From assembly GCA_051362555.1 (NCBI GenBank), contig CM120648.1, forward strand, positions 6,878,587-6,942,586: a DNA stretch of 64,000 bases, read 5' to 3'. The stretch's first letter is position 1. Each line of letters begins with the position of its first letter. Positions 1-12,856 of the stretch are shown here, piece after piece. The translations under genes were made by a program, and so were the position numbers. The notes under the pieces are model-generated. The model was not told where the DNA came from, made no database searches, and worked only from the letters and a program-made list of their open reading frames with translations. This stretch comes from Lingula anatina. Taxonomy: Eukaryota; Animalia; Brachiopoda.

Positions 1-974
1 TTCGAACTTATTAAAACCTGTAAAGCTACCTCTGTACTTATCTTTTCCAATTGAGCTCTTTAAGATAGCAAACCTATCAAATAAAAGTACCTGTCGACAC
101 TTGCTTATAAACTGCATAGGAAGACATTGAGTTGTAAATAACTGGCCAGGCATTAAGTGTTCAATCATTTAATTAAAGATAGAATGAAACATTGAATCCA
201 AGTGCATGGCCATGACGACCCTGGTTCGTGAGTAAGAGGATATTGGTATTTTCCAGGTGAAAATTCATTTTGACTGGTAAATCCCGTTCAGAGTTCCTTT
301 GTCTTTTGGAAACCAACAGAAAGGACTCTTGCATACTTTTGCATTTGCATTCATTTAATTGAACTAATATTTTTTCATTAAATCACGTGTTTTCATTCAC
401 CATGTGGACAACAAGCGCGCGAACTGTCGTTAACTGAACCTTACCCGGAAGAGTGCAGAGTCATGGCGGACTGTTGAATGTGCCCATTGGAATTGCCACT
501 CAGGAAAAGCAAACTGCATAGCAAAAACCCAAATTTGATATATGGTCGCTCCATGATTCATACAGGTATGCTAGGTTTAGTCGCTAGTTTTAGGTTAATA
601 TACGCAAATCAGAGGTCAAAATGCGTACCATCAGTTGAAAACATGACAAAATATATGATATCTTCTTTAGATATTGGGAACGTGACTCTCGCCTTATGCT
701 TAATAAACTCATTCAGGTCTATATGTATCGTGGGCAACTGTACAGCTATGCATAAAAAGGACAGCAAAACACACATGGAAAATACAGAAATAACCGCCCA
801 AGTTAAAGTGAGCAGCCCCGCAACAGTATAATGTTAACTACAGCGTGGCGATATCAAGAGGCATCTGCTTTTTTTCCCACTTCTTTAAAGGTATATGCTG
901 TACAAATGTACAAGGGACTGATCACCGCATGTACGTACTTGACTGTGTTCTTAGTTATGTCTTTGAGCAGGACA

Positions 975-1123
975 CAGGGCCGTAGCCTCCGGGGGGGGCA
1001 GGGGGGGCAGCTGCCCCCCATGGAATTTGGAATTTTACACACCACACCCTCCCCCCTCGGTAGCTTCGCCTCCTCGTGTCCGCTTACTGCCCCCCCTGGC
1101 ATTTTGCTCAGGCTACGGCCCTG
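975..1123. mobile_element. MITE, hAT-like (13-bp TIR CAGGGCCGTAGCC, 6-bp TSD AGGACA)
   Basis: Perfect inverted termini cagggccgtagcc / ggctacggccctg. aggaca occurs at both 969-974 and 1124-1129. GC-rich interior with G and C runs. Confidence 0.85.
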
Positions 1124-1278
1124 AGGACAACTACTAAATCATCAACCATAAATATACAGTTAATGTTTCTGTCCTTTTTGTTTTCATTATCTTATCATTA
1201 GTTTTCTTCGAATTTAATTACAGACTATAAGTGTCTCCAAGAGTCATCATTTTTGAGCGAGATCTGTCTTTTTTTTTA

Positions 1279-1327
1279 ACTTTTGTGATACATGGTCTAG
1301 ACAGTCTAGACCATGTATCACAAAAGT
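1279..1327. repeat. Perfect inverted repeat (24-bp arms, 1-nt spacer)
   Basis: acttttgtgatacatggtctagac-a-gtctagaccatgtatcacaaaagt; the arms are exact reverse complements. Confidence 0.95.
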
Positions 1328-2648
1328 GTCATGTTTTGATCAGAAAATGACAATAGCTTTCCTTTTATATTGTTTTTAAAAACATTTTCACCCTGAGTTA
1401 TTTGACTCGAACTTTGACCACTAGCATGTGGTGATTGTAGCAGCAATACCTAGCTTTCAGTAACCTCGGACGCTCAGGGTGCAGAAATTGGCCTTTTCGT
1501 GTGAATGAGCTAAATTTTGGATTTGACACAAAAAATTAATTCGCACGTGCACTCCAATGACAACATTGAATGCGTCCACTACGCATCTTTAAACGACTTG
1601 CAAGGGCCTACTGCTCTTCATTTTATTACACATTAAAGGGATAATAACTCTTCGCATGAGATCTATTTTTTAACAATAAAAACATTGTGAACAACTCATA
1701 GAAATATAATACATTCTATTTTACCACAAAAACGGCATTACTATTATTATTATTCTGATATCTGAGCTTGTCTTCAGACCACGTGACCTCCATTGATGGC
1801 TATACTCTGTTAGAATCTCTTAAGAGATTTTAACAAAAAACCAAACTTTTTAGAAAAAAAAAACAGGGACTAACTTTGAATGTAAAAATAGATTCATTAA
1901 CCATTGGTAAGTATGGGAAAATTGTTGTTTACTCTAGGAAAATTCATTTTTGGCCAAAACGACCGCAAATCAAGGAAGTGAAAATATTCACGGTCCAGTA
2001 TGCTAATTAAATCTGTAATGCCATATTGACAGGACAGACGGATAAACAGAGGGATATACAACTTACTAATGGGACTAAAACCAGCAACATATAACTCTTT
2101 CCTCATTCAAATAAATGGACATTCTTATGGCAGATCTTAGCACCCAATTTCGCCCGTGTTTATAATGCTAGGAGGTGAAAATGAAATCAAGATTTATTTT
2201 AGCTACAGATCAGCATAGCGCTTTCGAACACTTAATGTTCTGCAGCACGATGCGGAAATAACAGCCATAAATACCGCACAGTTAGCAGGGGACAGACTTC
2301 CCTCTACCAAGGCGACACTGGAAAAACGTCTTGTCACGCGAATAAGTTTGGTTGGATATAAATAAGGGGGTACGTTATACATCGACAGAGTGAAATAGAC
2401 ATTAATTTTCATCGCTTTATGAATCTGTGAATACTTTAAAGGTTTGAAACGATAGAAAGTGAATTGCACCCTGAAAATAGAAAGGGATTTATACAAATAG
2501 CCGTCGCTTACCCATAACCATCGCTTGGAGAGAGCTACCACGGTATCAATATTTTGGAAGCTTTGAGGACTGATATTCCTTTCAAATTTATTGAGACTGC
2601 ATTCTCAGCTCAAAACTTCTACAATTTCACTAGTCAAGGCGACTAAGA

Positions 2649-3176
2649 ATGTTGAGCCGCGTGTGTGTCGCTGTGCTACTACTGGCAGGGTCGTTAGCAC
2701 AGGTCTATGACCATCCTCCACGCTATCACGGCGGACAAAGAGGTAACGACGAATACGTCGGACGCAGCGACGTCGTTGGAGAGTACGGTGTTGGCGGTGG
2801 TGGCGGCGGTGGAGGCGGTGGCGGGAACGACGTCAGTTACGGCATCGGCTACGGAGGCGGGTCTGGGGGACCACTGGGAGGGGGCGGCGGAGGAGGCGGC
2901 GGCGGTAGCAGTACGGACGATGGAATAGGTCTAGGCGCAGGTGTGGGAGCGGGCTTCGGCAGCGACTTTGGGAACGGCATCAGCGGTGGCGGTGGCGGGG
3001 GAGGAGGTGTCGGGGGCGGAGGGGGACGGGATTCCCTTGGACGCTATAGCTTCGGCGCCGGCGCTGGAGGAGGGTTTGGATTCCACAGTGACGTCGCTGG
3101 TGGTTTCAGGGAGGAATTCGGTTTCAGTGCTGGCTTTGGTAGAGGCTACAGAGCTCCTTCGAGGCGTCATCGGTAG
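2649..3176 (+). CDS. Secreted glycine-rich structural protein, 175 aa, single coding exon
   Basis: Signal-peptide-like start MLSRVCVAVLLLAGSLAQ, poly-Gly tracts, G-F/G-Y-rich motifs and basic C-terminus RGYRAPSRRHR. GC-rich coding island in AT-rich DNA. Possible 3'UTR intron 3214-4218 and AATAAA near 4513. Confidence 0.85.
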   Translation: MLSRVCVAVLLLAGSLAQVYDHPPRYHGGQRGNDEYVGRSDVVGEYGVGGGGGGGGGGGNDVSYGIGYGGGSGGPLGGGGGGGGGGSSTDDGIGLGAGVGAGFGSDFGNGISGGGGGGGGVGGGGGRDSLGRYSFGAGAGGGFGFHSDVAGGFREEFGFSAGFGRGYRAPSRRHR

Positions 3177-5013
3177 TGACGGACCAGCTCGGGGACTGTC
3201 TCATTATATCAAGGTTTGTCTTCATACTGTATTTAACACATTCAGTAAATTATTCATTTTAGAATGATAGTTTCAACGGGTATGGGACCATAATGGCGAA
3301 GCCCCCACCTCACTATGGGCACTGGTTCAACCGGTCAAAATTGTCGTTTAGCTTAGAAACCTTCTTTATGAAATGAAACGTGTTTACTTTTATTTGAATC
3401 ATTGACAGTCTGGAACGGGTTTACTTTTATATTTGGATTAGTGCCAGTGTTTTCGAATTTATTTGAATAACATATATCTATGCTATACAAACAAGCCCAC
3501 GCGAGACTGTGACTTATTTTAGTAGGCAGTGAATGGTAACGTACAAAAACTTCACTGCAAGCTTATGTTTCGTTCATATTGCTCTAAAACATATTCATAT
3601 GAGACAAAACTAAGCGTGTTCTAATGTAATCCCTGGTCCATAATAATAATAATAATAAACTGGTTTGATTATGTCATGTTATAATTAATGGCTGCTTTGG
3701 GGTCTTTTTGAATTATTCGGACACGCAAACATACCGATAGAAACATGTCTTTGTCCCTTGTGTCATTATTCAAAGCCAGTCCTTGTAAACTGTCTTATGC
3801 ACACAAAATGACGATTTTCATTACCCAAAAAATAAATGAATGCTGCTGACAAGTTTAGTGGTTTTTTTATTCATATCCTCAATTAGTGACATAATGTCTC
3901 CATTAGTAAAATGTAAGTTGTCTGTGAAATATCAAAATGGGGTTGGTCATGCCACTGCTTTTACAAGGAAACAACTAAATAATCAAAATGGATACAAACA
4001 CAGCGTTTGGCTATTACAACGACAACCAAATTATCTAATTAATGGTTTACCGACCAACAGAAGCTAAAGCTCACTGTGAAGCGCAGCAGTGGGAAAGGGA
4101 GACTCTAAGGATATCTTGTTTATTAGTTTATAAGTTTTTTCTTATTTAATAAACCTGCAGACATATTGGGCCCATAGCACTCAAACTGATTTATATCATC
4201 ATCATTTTGATCTTGCAGGACCGAGAAATTATTCTATACGCAATGGGCAATTGGAAACCGTCGTGGTCAGCATCAAGTTGGACAAAATGAAGAATGTTTT
4301 GTGACGAATATGGATAGACCTTCTCAGTGACCTACACTGTACTTGTACATTTTCATAATAAGAAAAAAATCAAATTATACAGCATCCGTCTGTTTACTTA
4401 ACAGCAAGAGCTGTGTATATAAGAATATAAAAAATTGTTTACTTATCGTCGTATACACCTAGTTAATGTGCTTTTTATAAGTAATTTTTTATATGAGAAA
4501 ATATACAAAAGGAATAAATTACAATTGTTAGCTAATAAGGCTTCGTTGTGAAAATGCACTTTAATTTTTACTTTGGTGAAAGTGAATTCATCTTTCAAAT
4601 TAAAGTATAAAGTAAAACATTGTTCAAAATCATTTTCAAAAGAATCATTTTTCTTTCAGAAAATAAAATCCTGTAGCTACAATTCAGACGATAGGTGGCA
4701 GCAATTACATATAGGTCATTTAAATTCACTGACCAAAATGTTGTTGTAGCCTACTTACCACATTTATTGCTGAATGTGTTAAAAGTGTCTTCATAAAATT
4801 CACAAGGTTTTGGAAACGAACTTTTTATCAATAGTTTATATAGTAATTAGCATGTCAGTTTTCTTTTCGCCAAATCGGTTACGTTGCATTTAGATATACA
4901 AAAGACATAATTAAACAGAAGTGAGATGGGATGAAAAATGAAAATTCTCAAATGGATGCTAAAGGATCTTTGTCGAATAGTTTTGCATATTTTCTATTTC
5001 TTTCTTTCTGTTT

Positions 5014-7616
5014 CTATTTTCTAACCATCTCCCACCACATTGGCCTGCGTCTAGAGCGCCCGGCGCTTAACCCTCTCCTCCCAACTATCTGAATTTGAGG
5101 CAAACGTTCTGAAAAAAAAAAAATATACATCTATTAGTGAAAGTGTATCAAATAAACTGTGCTTTATAACTTTTAATGTTAAAAATAGAATTTTAAATAT
5201 GCGAAACTGGTGCGTTGTACCGGTACATGTAGTATTACTAGTATTACTGTGGTACAGCTCACTGGACAAAAACGGCAAACGAGGCTCGGTTGAACGCACG
5301 ATTTGATTTCAGCGTCAATCCAGTATGCATCTAGTTTAATCAGTGGCGTAAAACATAAGAACGTGTATGGAAATATGTACAACAGTTTTACCCCAGTATA
5401 CATGTAGGCTACCTACCTTCACTGCACTCAATGGCGACGTCTTCGTAATGGCCACAGTTATGGTCGCCCCACCTCGGCTTGTCACACTGCACCAGAACCT
5501 GCTCGTTCCCCGTACACGCGAGATTGTCCATCCAGATCGGATATGAAGCACTTAAAGTCCCAAGAGATCTGTCTAAAATATACATGTAACAGAAAGTTGA
5601 AAAATGTTAAGAAAAAAAAACGTTTGTTTTGATTGTACTGGTGCTGCCTATACTTTTCTTTTATACATTGTATAGGTACATGGTGGAGTAATGCCAATTT
5701 ATATTGACCGTTGATTTTGACTGATTTTGATTTTGCTCTAGATTGATTTTTGTCTTCCTTCTTCATTTTATGCCACGTGTGTTTTAAGTTAATAAAATAT
5801 TTTCAGATTAAATACGTGAAATACGAAACATCCGTGAGATACTTTGACAAAGGGAAACCGCCTGCTTTACCTTTAATCGTCCTAATCGCCTGTTTGAAGC
5901 CAAGTGAACGGCACAACACGTGGGCGTCATTGAGACCCATGTAATCGTCACAGAGGGATCCCCACTTCCCATAATGCCACAGTCCCACGACCCCCTTGTT
6001 CACGTGACCGTATCTGCTCGTTGACGTGGTGCCCATTAACTTGATTGTCAAGGCTGAATGATAAAATGGTAAACGTAAATTTCAGACATGATTCATGATT
6101 CAAGAAAAAAGTGTGTCTACTTCAAATTGAGGTAAAAGAGAAATGGGTGAAGAGACAATGGTCGCCGTTATGCCACTCGTTAGATGTAAATTTCTAACAA
6201 AAATAATTTAAGAATTTAATAATCTGTCTTGGAGTATTAAATAAGCGACAAATTGCATACCACAGTTCATTTCGTCCTCCGGAATCTCTGTTTTAGGATC
6301 TCCACAGTCCACGATGGCATCACAGTACAGGCGCCGGGGTAGACACGCGTCATCTTTGTAACAGCGGAAGTACCCCACGGGACAACTGCCTAAATTATCA
6401 AATTATTCTTCACAAACATAAGAACACCATGGAATAATTACATACTTTTCATTTATCAAATTATACTATTCTGCTCAGTTTACAGATCATTTTATGGATT
6501 TTACATTTACATTATTACTATAATTATATATTATTTTCATCATTCTCTCGCTCTCTCTCATTCATTTTTGCTAATTTGCTCCCATTGTTTTTCAACTTTA
6601 TCCCCCCGTGTATGAATGGCCGCCATGGACTTACCACACATGCGTTCATCAGAGCCGTCTCCGCACTGGTCAGCTCCGTCACAGATATACCGGTTATCCA
6701 GGCACTTGCCATTGTCACACACGAAATTGTAGCTATCTGCATAGCATTTCGCTGAAATTGGCGAAATTTACTTTTTTGCTTTTAACAGACCTCCTGTGAA
6801 CAATCCATTTAGTTTGAAAAGATTTTTAACAAAGTTATGAAAAAAATTGTGACGACATAATAGAGGTAAATTACAACACGACTTAGAATTAAAGAAACAG
6901 GTTAGGATAAAAATAACATCAGTGACGTGCACAAATTTTGTATGATATTTGCACAACTGTTGCTTATAATTGTTCATTTACTGTTGATTTCTTTCCAAAT
7001 TAAAGGGTACTCTAGCATAAAACAGCAAGAATAATGGGTATGTCAGAAAAATGGAAATATTACACAAAATGTGTGCATCACTGTCGTGTCTCCTACATAC
7101 GCTCTATCAGGACCAAGGATCGATTTTTCACTAGGTATTCACAGATGTATCTCTGGTTAATTCACGGCACTTTTCTCTACTGTGACGATAGATAAAAATT
7201 CGCACAATTCATCTGCGGCCCTGGTAGAGGGTACATGTAATTCTTACTTATTTTCACATTACTGTGGAATGAAAAATTTATCAACTCACTTCTGACCATA
7301 CAGTCTACAGAATGACTCTTGTATTTGGTCCATCCATCACAACATCTGTAGGCCGTCAGGTATTTAACACTGTTCAATAACGGAGATATAAATTGATATA
7401 AATATAATAATGCATATATGTGCATATTTAAAAATGTATCAAATGCTGCAAAGTAAATCAGCGGTACATGGTGTCTTGATGCCAAGGATATGTCCGAGAC
7501 TAATGTTACTAATATTTCACGCTATTCAAAGGCATCTATAAATGTAAGAAATAGCCAATTTTGTTAGAAAGGTCCCTTACAGTATTACTATTGTTTGCCA
7601 TCTGAGAGAATATCAT

Positions 7617-7658
<42 letters not shown>

Positions 7659-8462
7659 AGGAGGGAGAGATCATTACGTAGATTTCCCGTTTATGTCCTT
7701 TGATTCTACACGCTGCCTGTAGGTACATACGTTCGATCTGGAATTATCAGATAATTTGTGTCACTATAACCAATCCTCACAGAAAATAACATAGAATTTT
7801 TTTTTTTTTTTGTTTTCTAACCAAAGAATTTTTTAACCAAAGACGTTTCAAACAGTTTGTGCTCGAATTGATATCCCGCTTATGTTTCGGGTATTTCATC
7901 GCTGTATCAAAAATGTTACAATGAGAAAAAACTAAACAAAAATATGAGCATATTCAAGAAATTAATCACCAAAGGCACTGACATCACCAATCGGAACAAT
8001 TTGCGGTCCGTTTTAGTTCTTATTCTACTCTTTTTTTTTTCATTTTCCTTCTTTCTAATAGTTTTTACTTTTTTTCACGTAATGGAAAGCAAAAGTACGG
8101 GAATAAAAATTCTGTATAAAAACAGTTACGCGCCTTTTTTCCCATCTTTTTTGTTATCTTAATTTTCATTTTCTGAATTCTCTCAACCATTCCTTCTTTC
8201 CCTATCATCAATGTTTCGTGTTGAAAAGGTTCGACTGTATCAAGTCTATACAATCAACTAAAAACATTGTATTTCCACAACTCTTAAATGCCTCTTTGCC
8301 TCTTTGTGTTTACAGTGACTCTGGATATGAGAGAAAAACCACATCTTACCCTGTAGGAAGCAAAGTGCTGGTCTTTGCGGGTGCGATCTGGCTATAAGAT
8401 ATTCCACACAAAACTAACTGTACACAAAGAAAAATCGCAGTTTTCTGTAGAATTGCTGCCAT
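5014..8462 (-). CDS. Secreted EMI - LDLa - LDLa - SRCR protein, ~305 aa, 8 exons
   Basis: Exons 8462-8350, 7737-7678, 7369-7290, 6736-6635, 6389-6261, 6053-5871, 5572-5417, 5108-5014 (918 nt, GT-AG, in frame). Signal peptide [27 protein letters not shown]: GSNVC...YRCCDGW...C. LDLa: [27 protein letters not shown] and [37 protein letters not shown]: [46 protein letters not shown]. Confidence 0.88.
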
Positions 8463-10316
8463 ATTCAGACATCTAATTAATGTGATAAATATCAGCCAGT
8501 GGTTTTTTTTTATCTACTAGGACTATTATCCTAAACACGGCGCACTTTGCGAGTTTGGAGCTCATCTATCGGGCTCATGAGACTTGATCCACATAATGTG
8601 TGCTCTGAATTCAAAGACCATACACTTGTGATATTAAAATCACTCCTCTACAGACAAAAACGTCATCGAAAAAACAACAGCACCGAGCTCCGGTGCCCTC
8701 AACACTGGCAGTAAAAAAAGGCAACAGTAGCTCAGCATTTAGCTCTTAGTGTGTGTTGGGAAGGCAAGTGTACAGAAATGAGAACGGTGTATGGAAACAG
8801 TTACGCGCCTTGTCAACATACCGTGACGTCCAAGTATTAAAGTAATAATACTATGCTTGATCCGGGCTTTAAAAAATAAGACAGTTTCTTTGAACCAGAC
8901 GTGGTTAACACTAAACACAAGCCATATCTTAAATTTACGAATGGATGTTCTAAAAGGCGTGGGTATCAGTAGGCCCCGACTTGAGTTTTATCAATAATGG
9001 CTCGGATATCTATGTGCACCTGACAAATTTCACATCGTGTCAAAAATACACTTTTAGGATAAGACGTGGCTAACGGAGCTCTAGTTGCGTGTGATTAGCT
9101 ATATAGCAAGTTTTGAGTCTAATCTGCACATGTTAACCAGGTTTTTGTCAGAAAACATTAAACTGCTAAGTCAACTAGTGTCTTTTATATTCGAGGTGTA
9201 CATGTAGTACCGACAGTTACAATGTGGAGAGACGGCAAATAATTATGCCTCAGCGTCACAAACGATATTGAAATACGTCCGTCTCACCAGACGCATGACA
9301 TAGACATATACATGTCGACATACGTTCGATAAACTAAAAAAAAAACACGTAAATGACGTAGAGCTGACGTCGAAATACTGTCAAGCTGATGTTGGAATGA
9401 CGCCACCCGCCTATTAGCAAGGTCTAAATTGATGTAGCTTGAATATGGACTTTACACCAGCACCATAAATTTTTTTATCAGCCTGTCGATTTTAATTAAA
9501 AGGTGTTTTTGTACGTAGTAAATTACTACAGATAATCCCTTGCATACAGATACAGAAATAAATCTCATTTCGCTGACAGAATCATCCCACAACAAAGCAA
9601 AATATGAAATTGTTCCACTGCACAAAATTATAAACTTCATAATTCCTTTATATAGTTATTTGTAAATGCTAAACACAGAAAAAAACTGAAATAGAAACAG
9701 ATCTTTATTGATTACCTGATTCTTTTTCAAAACAATTTAATTCAGATACACAATAAAATACAGTAAAAACAACTGTAACAGCACATAAGCGACTTAAATC
9801 TGAAGAATGAAAATGTAGTCAAAATTGTAGTCAAAATGGCAGTTTTACATATTTTTACTTTGGACTGGTTTCGCACACTTTACCTTTTGTCGTTTTTTTT
9901 ATTATTATTATTCATTGTGAGAGCTTAGTGCAAAAGTTTTAATGTGGCATGGTACATGTAGTCTTTAAATATCTGGTACACTATGAACGGTAGAAGAATA
10001 TTTTAGAAAAAATCACTGAAACTTGAAACATAGCAAAACTTGAAAGATGAAGTACGTACATTGTCTTAACTCCTATACGTAGCTTATATAAATAAGAAAT
10101 ATTTTCATTTGACTATTCATATACAAATGGTCCATATCTTAAACAAGGCAGCAAAGCTGTCAAATGTACAGACAAAAAACAGAAAATAAAGATGCAAAAA
10201 AAGGTCATTTTGTCAATTTTGATGCAATAATAAATAATGCTTATAATAGCACTGTCAGTCAACACTGAATTTTAATCTTGTACAACGGGTAACATGGTCA
10301 ATAACAGGAGCAGACC

Positions 10317-10460
10317 CAGAGATATTTTCTGACAGTATTCCAAAGTATCTATGTTGATCCATCCTCCATTTTGATGGTCTTCCAACAGAAAAAAATAGAT
10401 ACCAGTCAATATAAACTTAATAACCTGACTGTCTTCCGGAAGACCCAGAAGATGGTCTCA
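10317..10460 (+). repeat. Interspersed repeat fragment (second copy at ~23982-24115)
   Basis: ccagagatattttctgacagt...aagacccagaag is recognisably shared with the copy in aquaporin intron 5. Confidence 0.75.
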
Positions 10461-10701
10461 ATCCACCCCTTCAATAAGATTACAGTTTCAGGACCATGAG
10501 AGTTCAAATTCACATTATGAAAGTCTCAATATTTGAAAAATGATGACAGTGCATAAAATAATATTACATAATGTTTAAAGACATAAAAAACAATACAACT
10601 GCTTATGTAGAAATACAGAAAATGTGCAGAGCCCCAGGCAGATGAGAGTTAAAAGTCACAAATGCAAGTGTTTGAGAAAAAATTATAAAGGAAAACAACA
10701 A

Positions 10702-10937
10702 AACTAGAAAAGCACTTTGAGAGTGCAGACCTCTGCCAAGGCAGCAATTGTTGATTATTATTGATAATTGATTGATTATTGATCCAGACCACCACCAAAA
10801 ATTAATCATTGTCCTCTTTGGCCCACTTCCGACAGTTCCTGAAAATTTCTGCAAAATTGGTCCATAACTTTTTGTGTTATGTGGATGACAGACAAACAGG
10901 GGTGAAAATATAACCCCCTTGGCAGAGCTTGAGGTAA
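10702..10937 (+). mobile_element. Helentron-associated non-autonomous element (HINE/DINE-1-like)
   Basis: Starts aactag. Subterminal inverted repeat ctctgccaagg (10731-10741) / ccttggcagag (10917-10927). gacagacaaaca microsatellite and ggggt..acccc hairpin near the 3' end. A truncated 5'-end copy lies at ~48372-48408. Confidence 0.7.
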
Positions 10938-10983
10938 ATATAATTCCAATGAAGATGCTATTCAAACTTTTAATCTTCTAGTT

Positions 10984-11030
<47 letters not shown>

Positions 11031-11404
11031 AAACTTATTTGCAATATTAAACAAAATTTACCTGCATAATTATCACTGCTTCCTTATTATTAATCTAGCA
11101 GAGAGCTTTACCTTTGGGAGTTTACAGGGAAATATCAATAAGTGTGCTTTACGTAATCTCATTTAATGGCCTATTAAAGCAAATGACTTTATAACTCTGA
11201 AATTAATCTACTGATACCCAAGGGTAATTTACAGACTGACCCACTCAAAGGTCTTCAGGCCCATAAGTCACACCTTAAGAAAAGCACAAAACCATAATGC
11301 CCAAAATAGGAGACTACCAATCCTGATGCAATAATACATTATGTTTAACTGCACAGTCAACATCAACTTATGCACAACAGGTAACACAGACGAAATTAAA
11401 AGCA

Positions 11405-12460
11405 TAAGGCTTCAGGCCCATCAGAGTTCAAGTTTATACTTAGAAAGTGCCAGAATGAGAAAAATGAAAATTTCACAAAAAATGCATAAATACAATAAAC
11501 ATGATAATCCAATAGAGCTGGTTTTCTCATGAGCTGAAGGCCAATCCTAAAAATCGTACTTGTAAGTTTAAAATTATAATAAGTAGCACAGTTTTCTTTT
11601 CATAATGTTTGCAGTAGCAGTGCAAAAAGATTGCTGTCAATTTTGATGTAACATTACATAATAAATTAGAGAATAATTATCACCAATTTTTGTTTATTGA
11701 CTATAAATAGGATGGACATGTAGAAAATATGATTACCATTTGGCTTCATGTCCATGGGAGCTCCGAGTCCCACAATGAATATGCCAAAAAGATAATGAAT
11801 ATTACACTAAAATGTATAACTTCCAGAAAAAGAAGCCAATTAGACTGCTTTTCTAACTCAGGCTGCATTTTAGTCCTGTGTTTCTTTTTTGAAAGTTTGA
11901 CAGTCATAAGTAACACGGTTTTCCCATAATGGTCATCAAGGCAGCAGCACCAAAAATTGTTTTCTTCTATTTTGATGCAACATTACATAATGCTTAACAG
12001 CATACTGACCATCGATTTTTAATAATAAAATATAAGTGTCATGGATTTTCACAAAATGTGACTAGCATGGGTCTTCAAGCCCGTGGAGGTTCTAAGTCAC
12101 ACCTTGGAAATGCCAATATGTGAAAAATTAAATTTTCACAAAAAACTGTTTAATTGCCAGAAAAATTTACCAAACAGACTGCATTGCCTACTGAAGCTGT
12201 ATTTTAGTCCCATGTTTCTTTCCTGTAAGTTTGAGAACAGTAAGTGACATGATTTTCCTTAAATGGTCATCATGGGAGCACTGCCCAAAATAGGGGTTTC
12301 TTCAAATTTGATGCAATATTACATAATGTTTTACAGCATAATGACCATCAATTTTTAATTATAAAATATTAGTATCATGGTTATTCAGAAAATGTAACTA
12401 GCAAAAGTCTTCAGGCCCATGGAACTTCAAAGTCACATATTGAAAATGCCAAAATGTAAA
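11405..12460. repeat. Degenerate tandem array, ~335-bp unit, ~3-4 copies
   Basis: A cttcaggcccat..gagttc..tcaca..gaaa.tgcca-like motif recurs at ~11408, 11742, 12070 and 12406. ttttgatg.aacattacataat recurs at ~11641, 11971 and 12307. Confidence 0.7.
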
Positions 12461-12856
12461 CAAGACAGCACTGTTCTGAAATGGGTTTATTTCCATTTTT
12501 AACACTTTTTTAACATAAAACAAAATAAACAGTTTACTGCCATTTTTATATGACCAATGAAAAAAATTGATGAGATGGGAAAAGTATCAATAGAACAGTG
12601 TTAAATGTCCAACTTCCTCCATTCTGAGATTCTGAACATAGTGGATGAATGCATCTGACAAACTGCAATGATATGAGTTTATTTCCATTTTTGACACTTT
12701 ATTACACAATACATGATAACAAGTTTACCATCATTTTTACAAAATCAACTAACAATGTTGTAAAGATGCAGGAAATGTCAAACAAACACTTTTATGTATC
12801 TTATTAGTTCAATAATCAGACTGTTAACATGCCTAAGAATTGAATGTGAGGAAATG

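Noticed and set aside
478-1124. ORFs 478-831, 831-1124 and 854-1102
   Set aside because: No recognisable domains or splice support; two of them arise from the GC-rich MITE.
173-1593. Possible TTAA-flanked (Kolobok-like) element
   Set aside because: Only ~4 bp of terminal inverted match, which is indistinguishable from chance.
2707-3267. Alternative-frame and antisense ORFs over the glycine-rich gene
   Set aside because: Expected by-products of GGN-repeat, stop-poor sequence.
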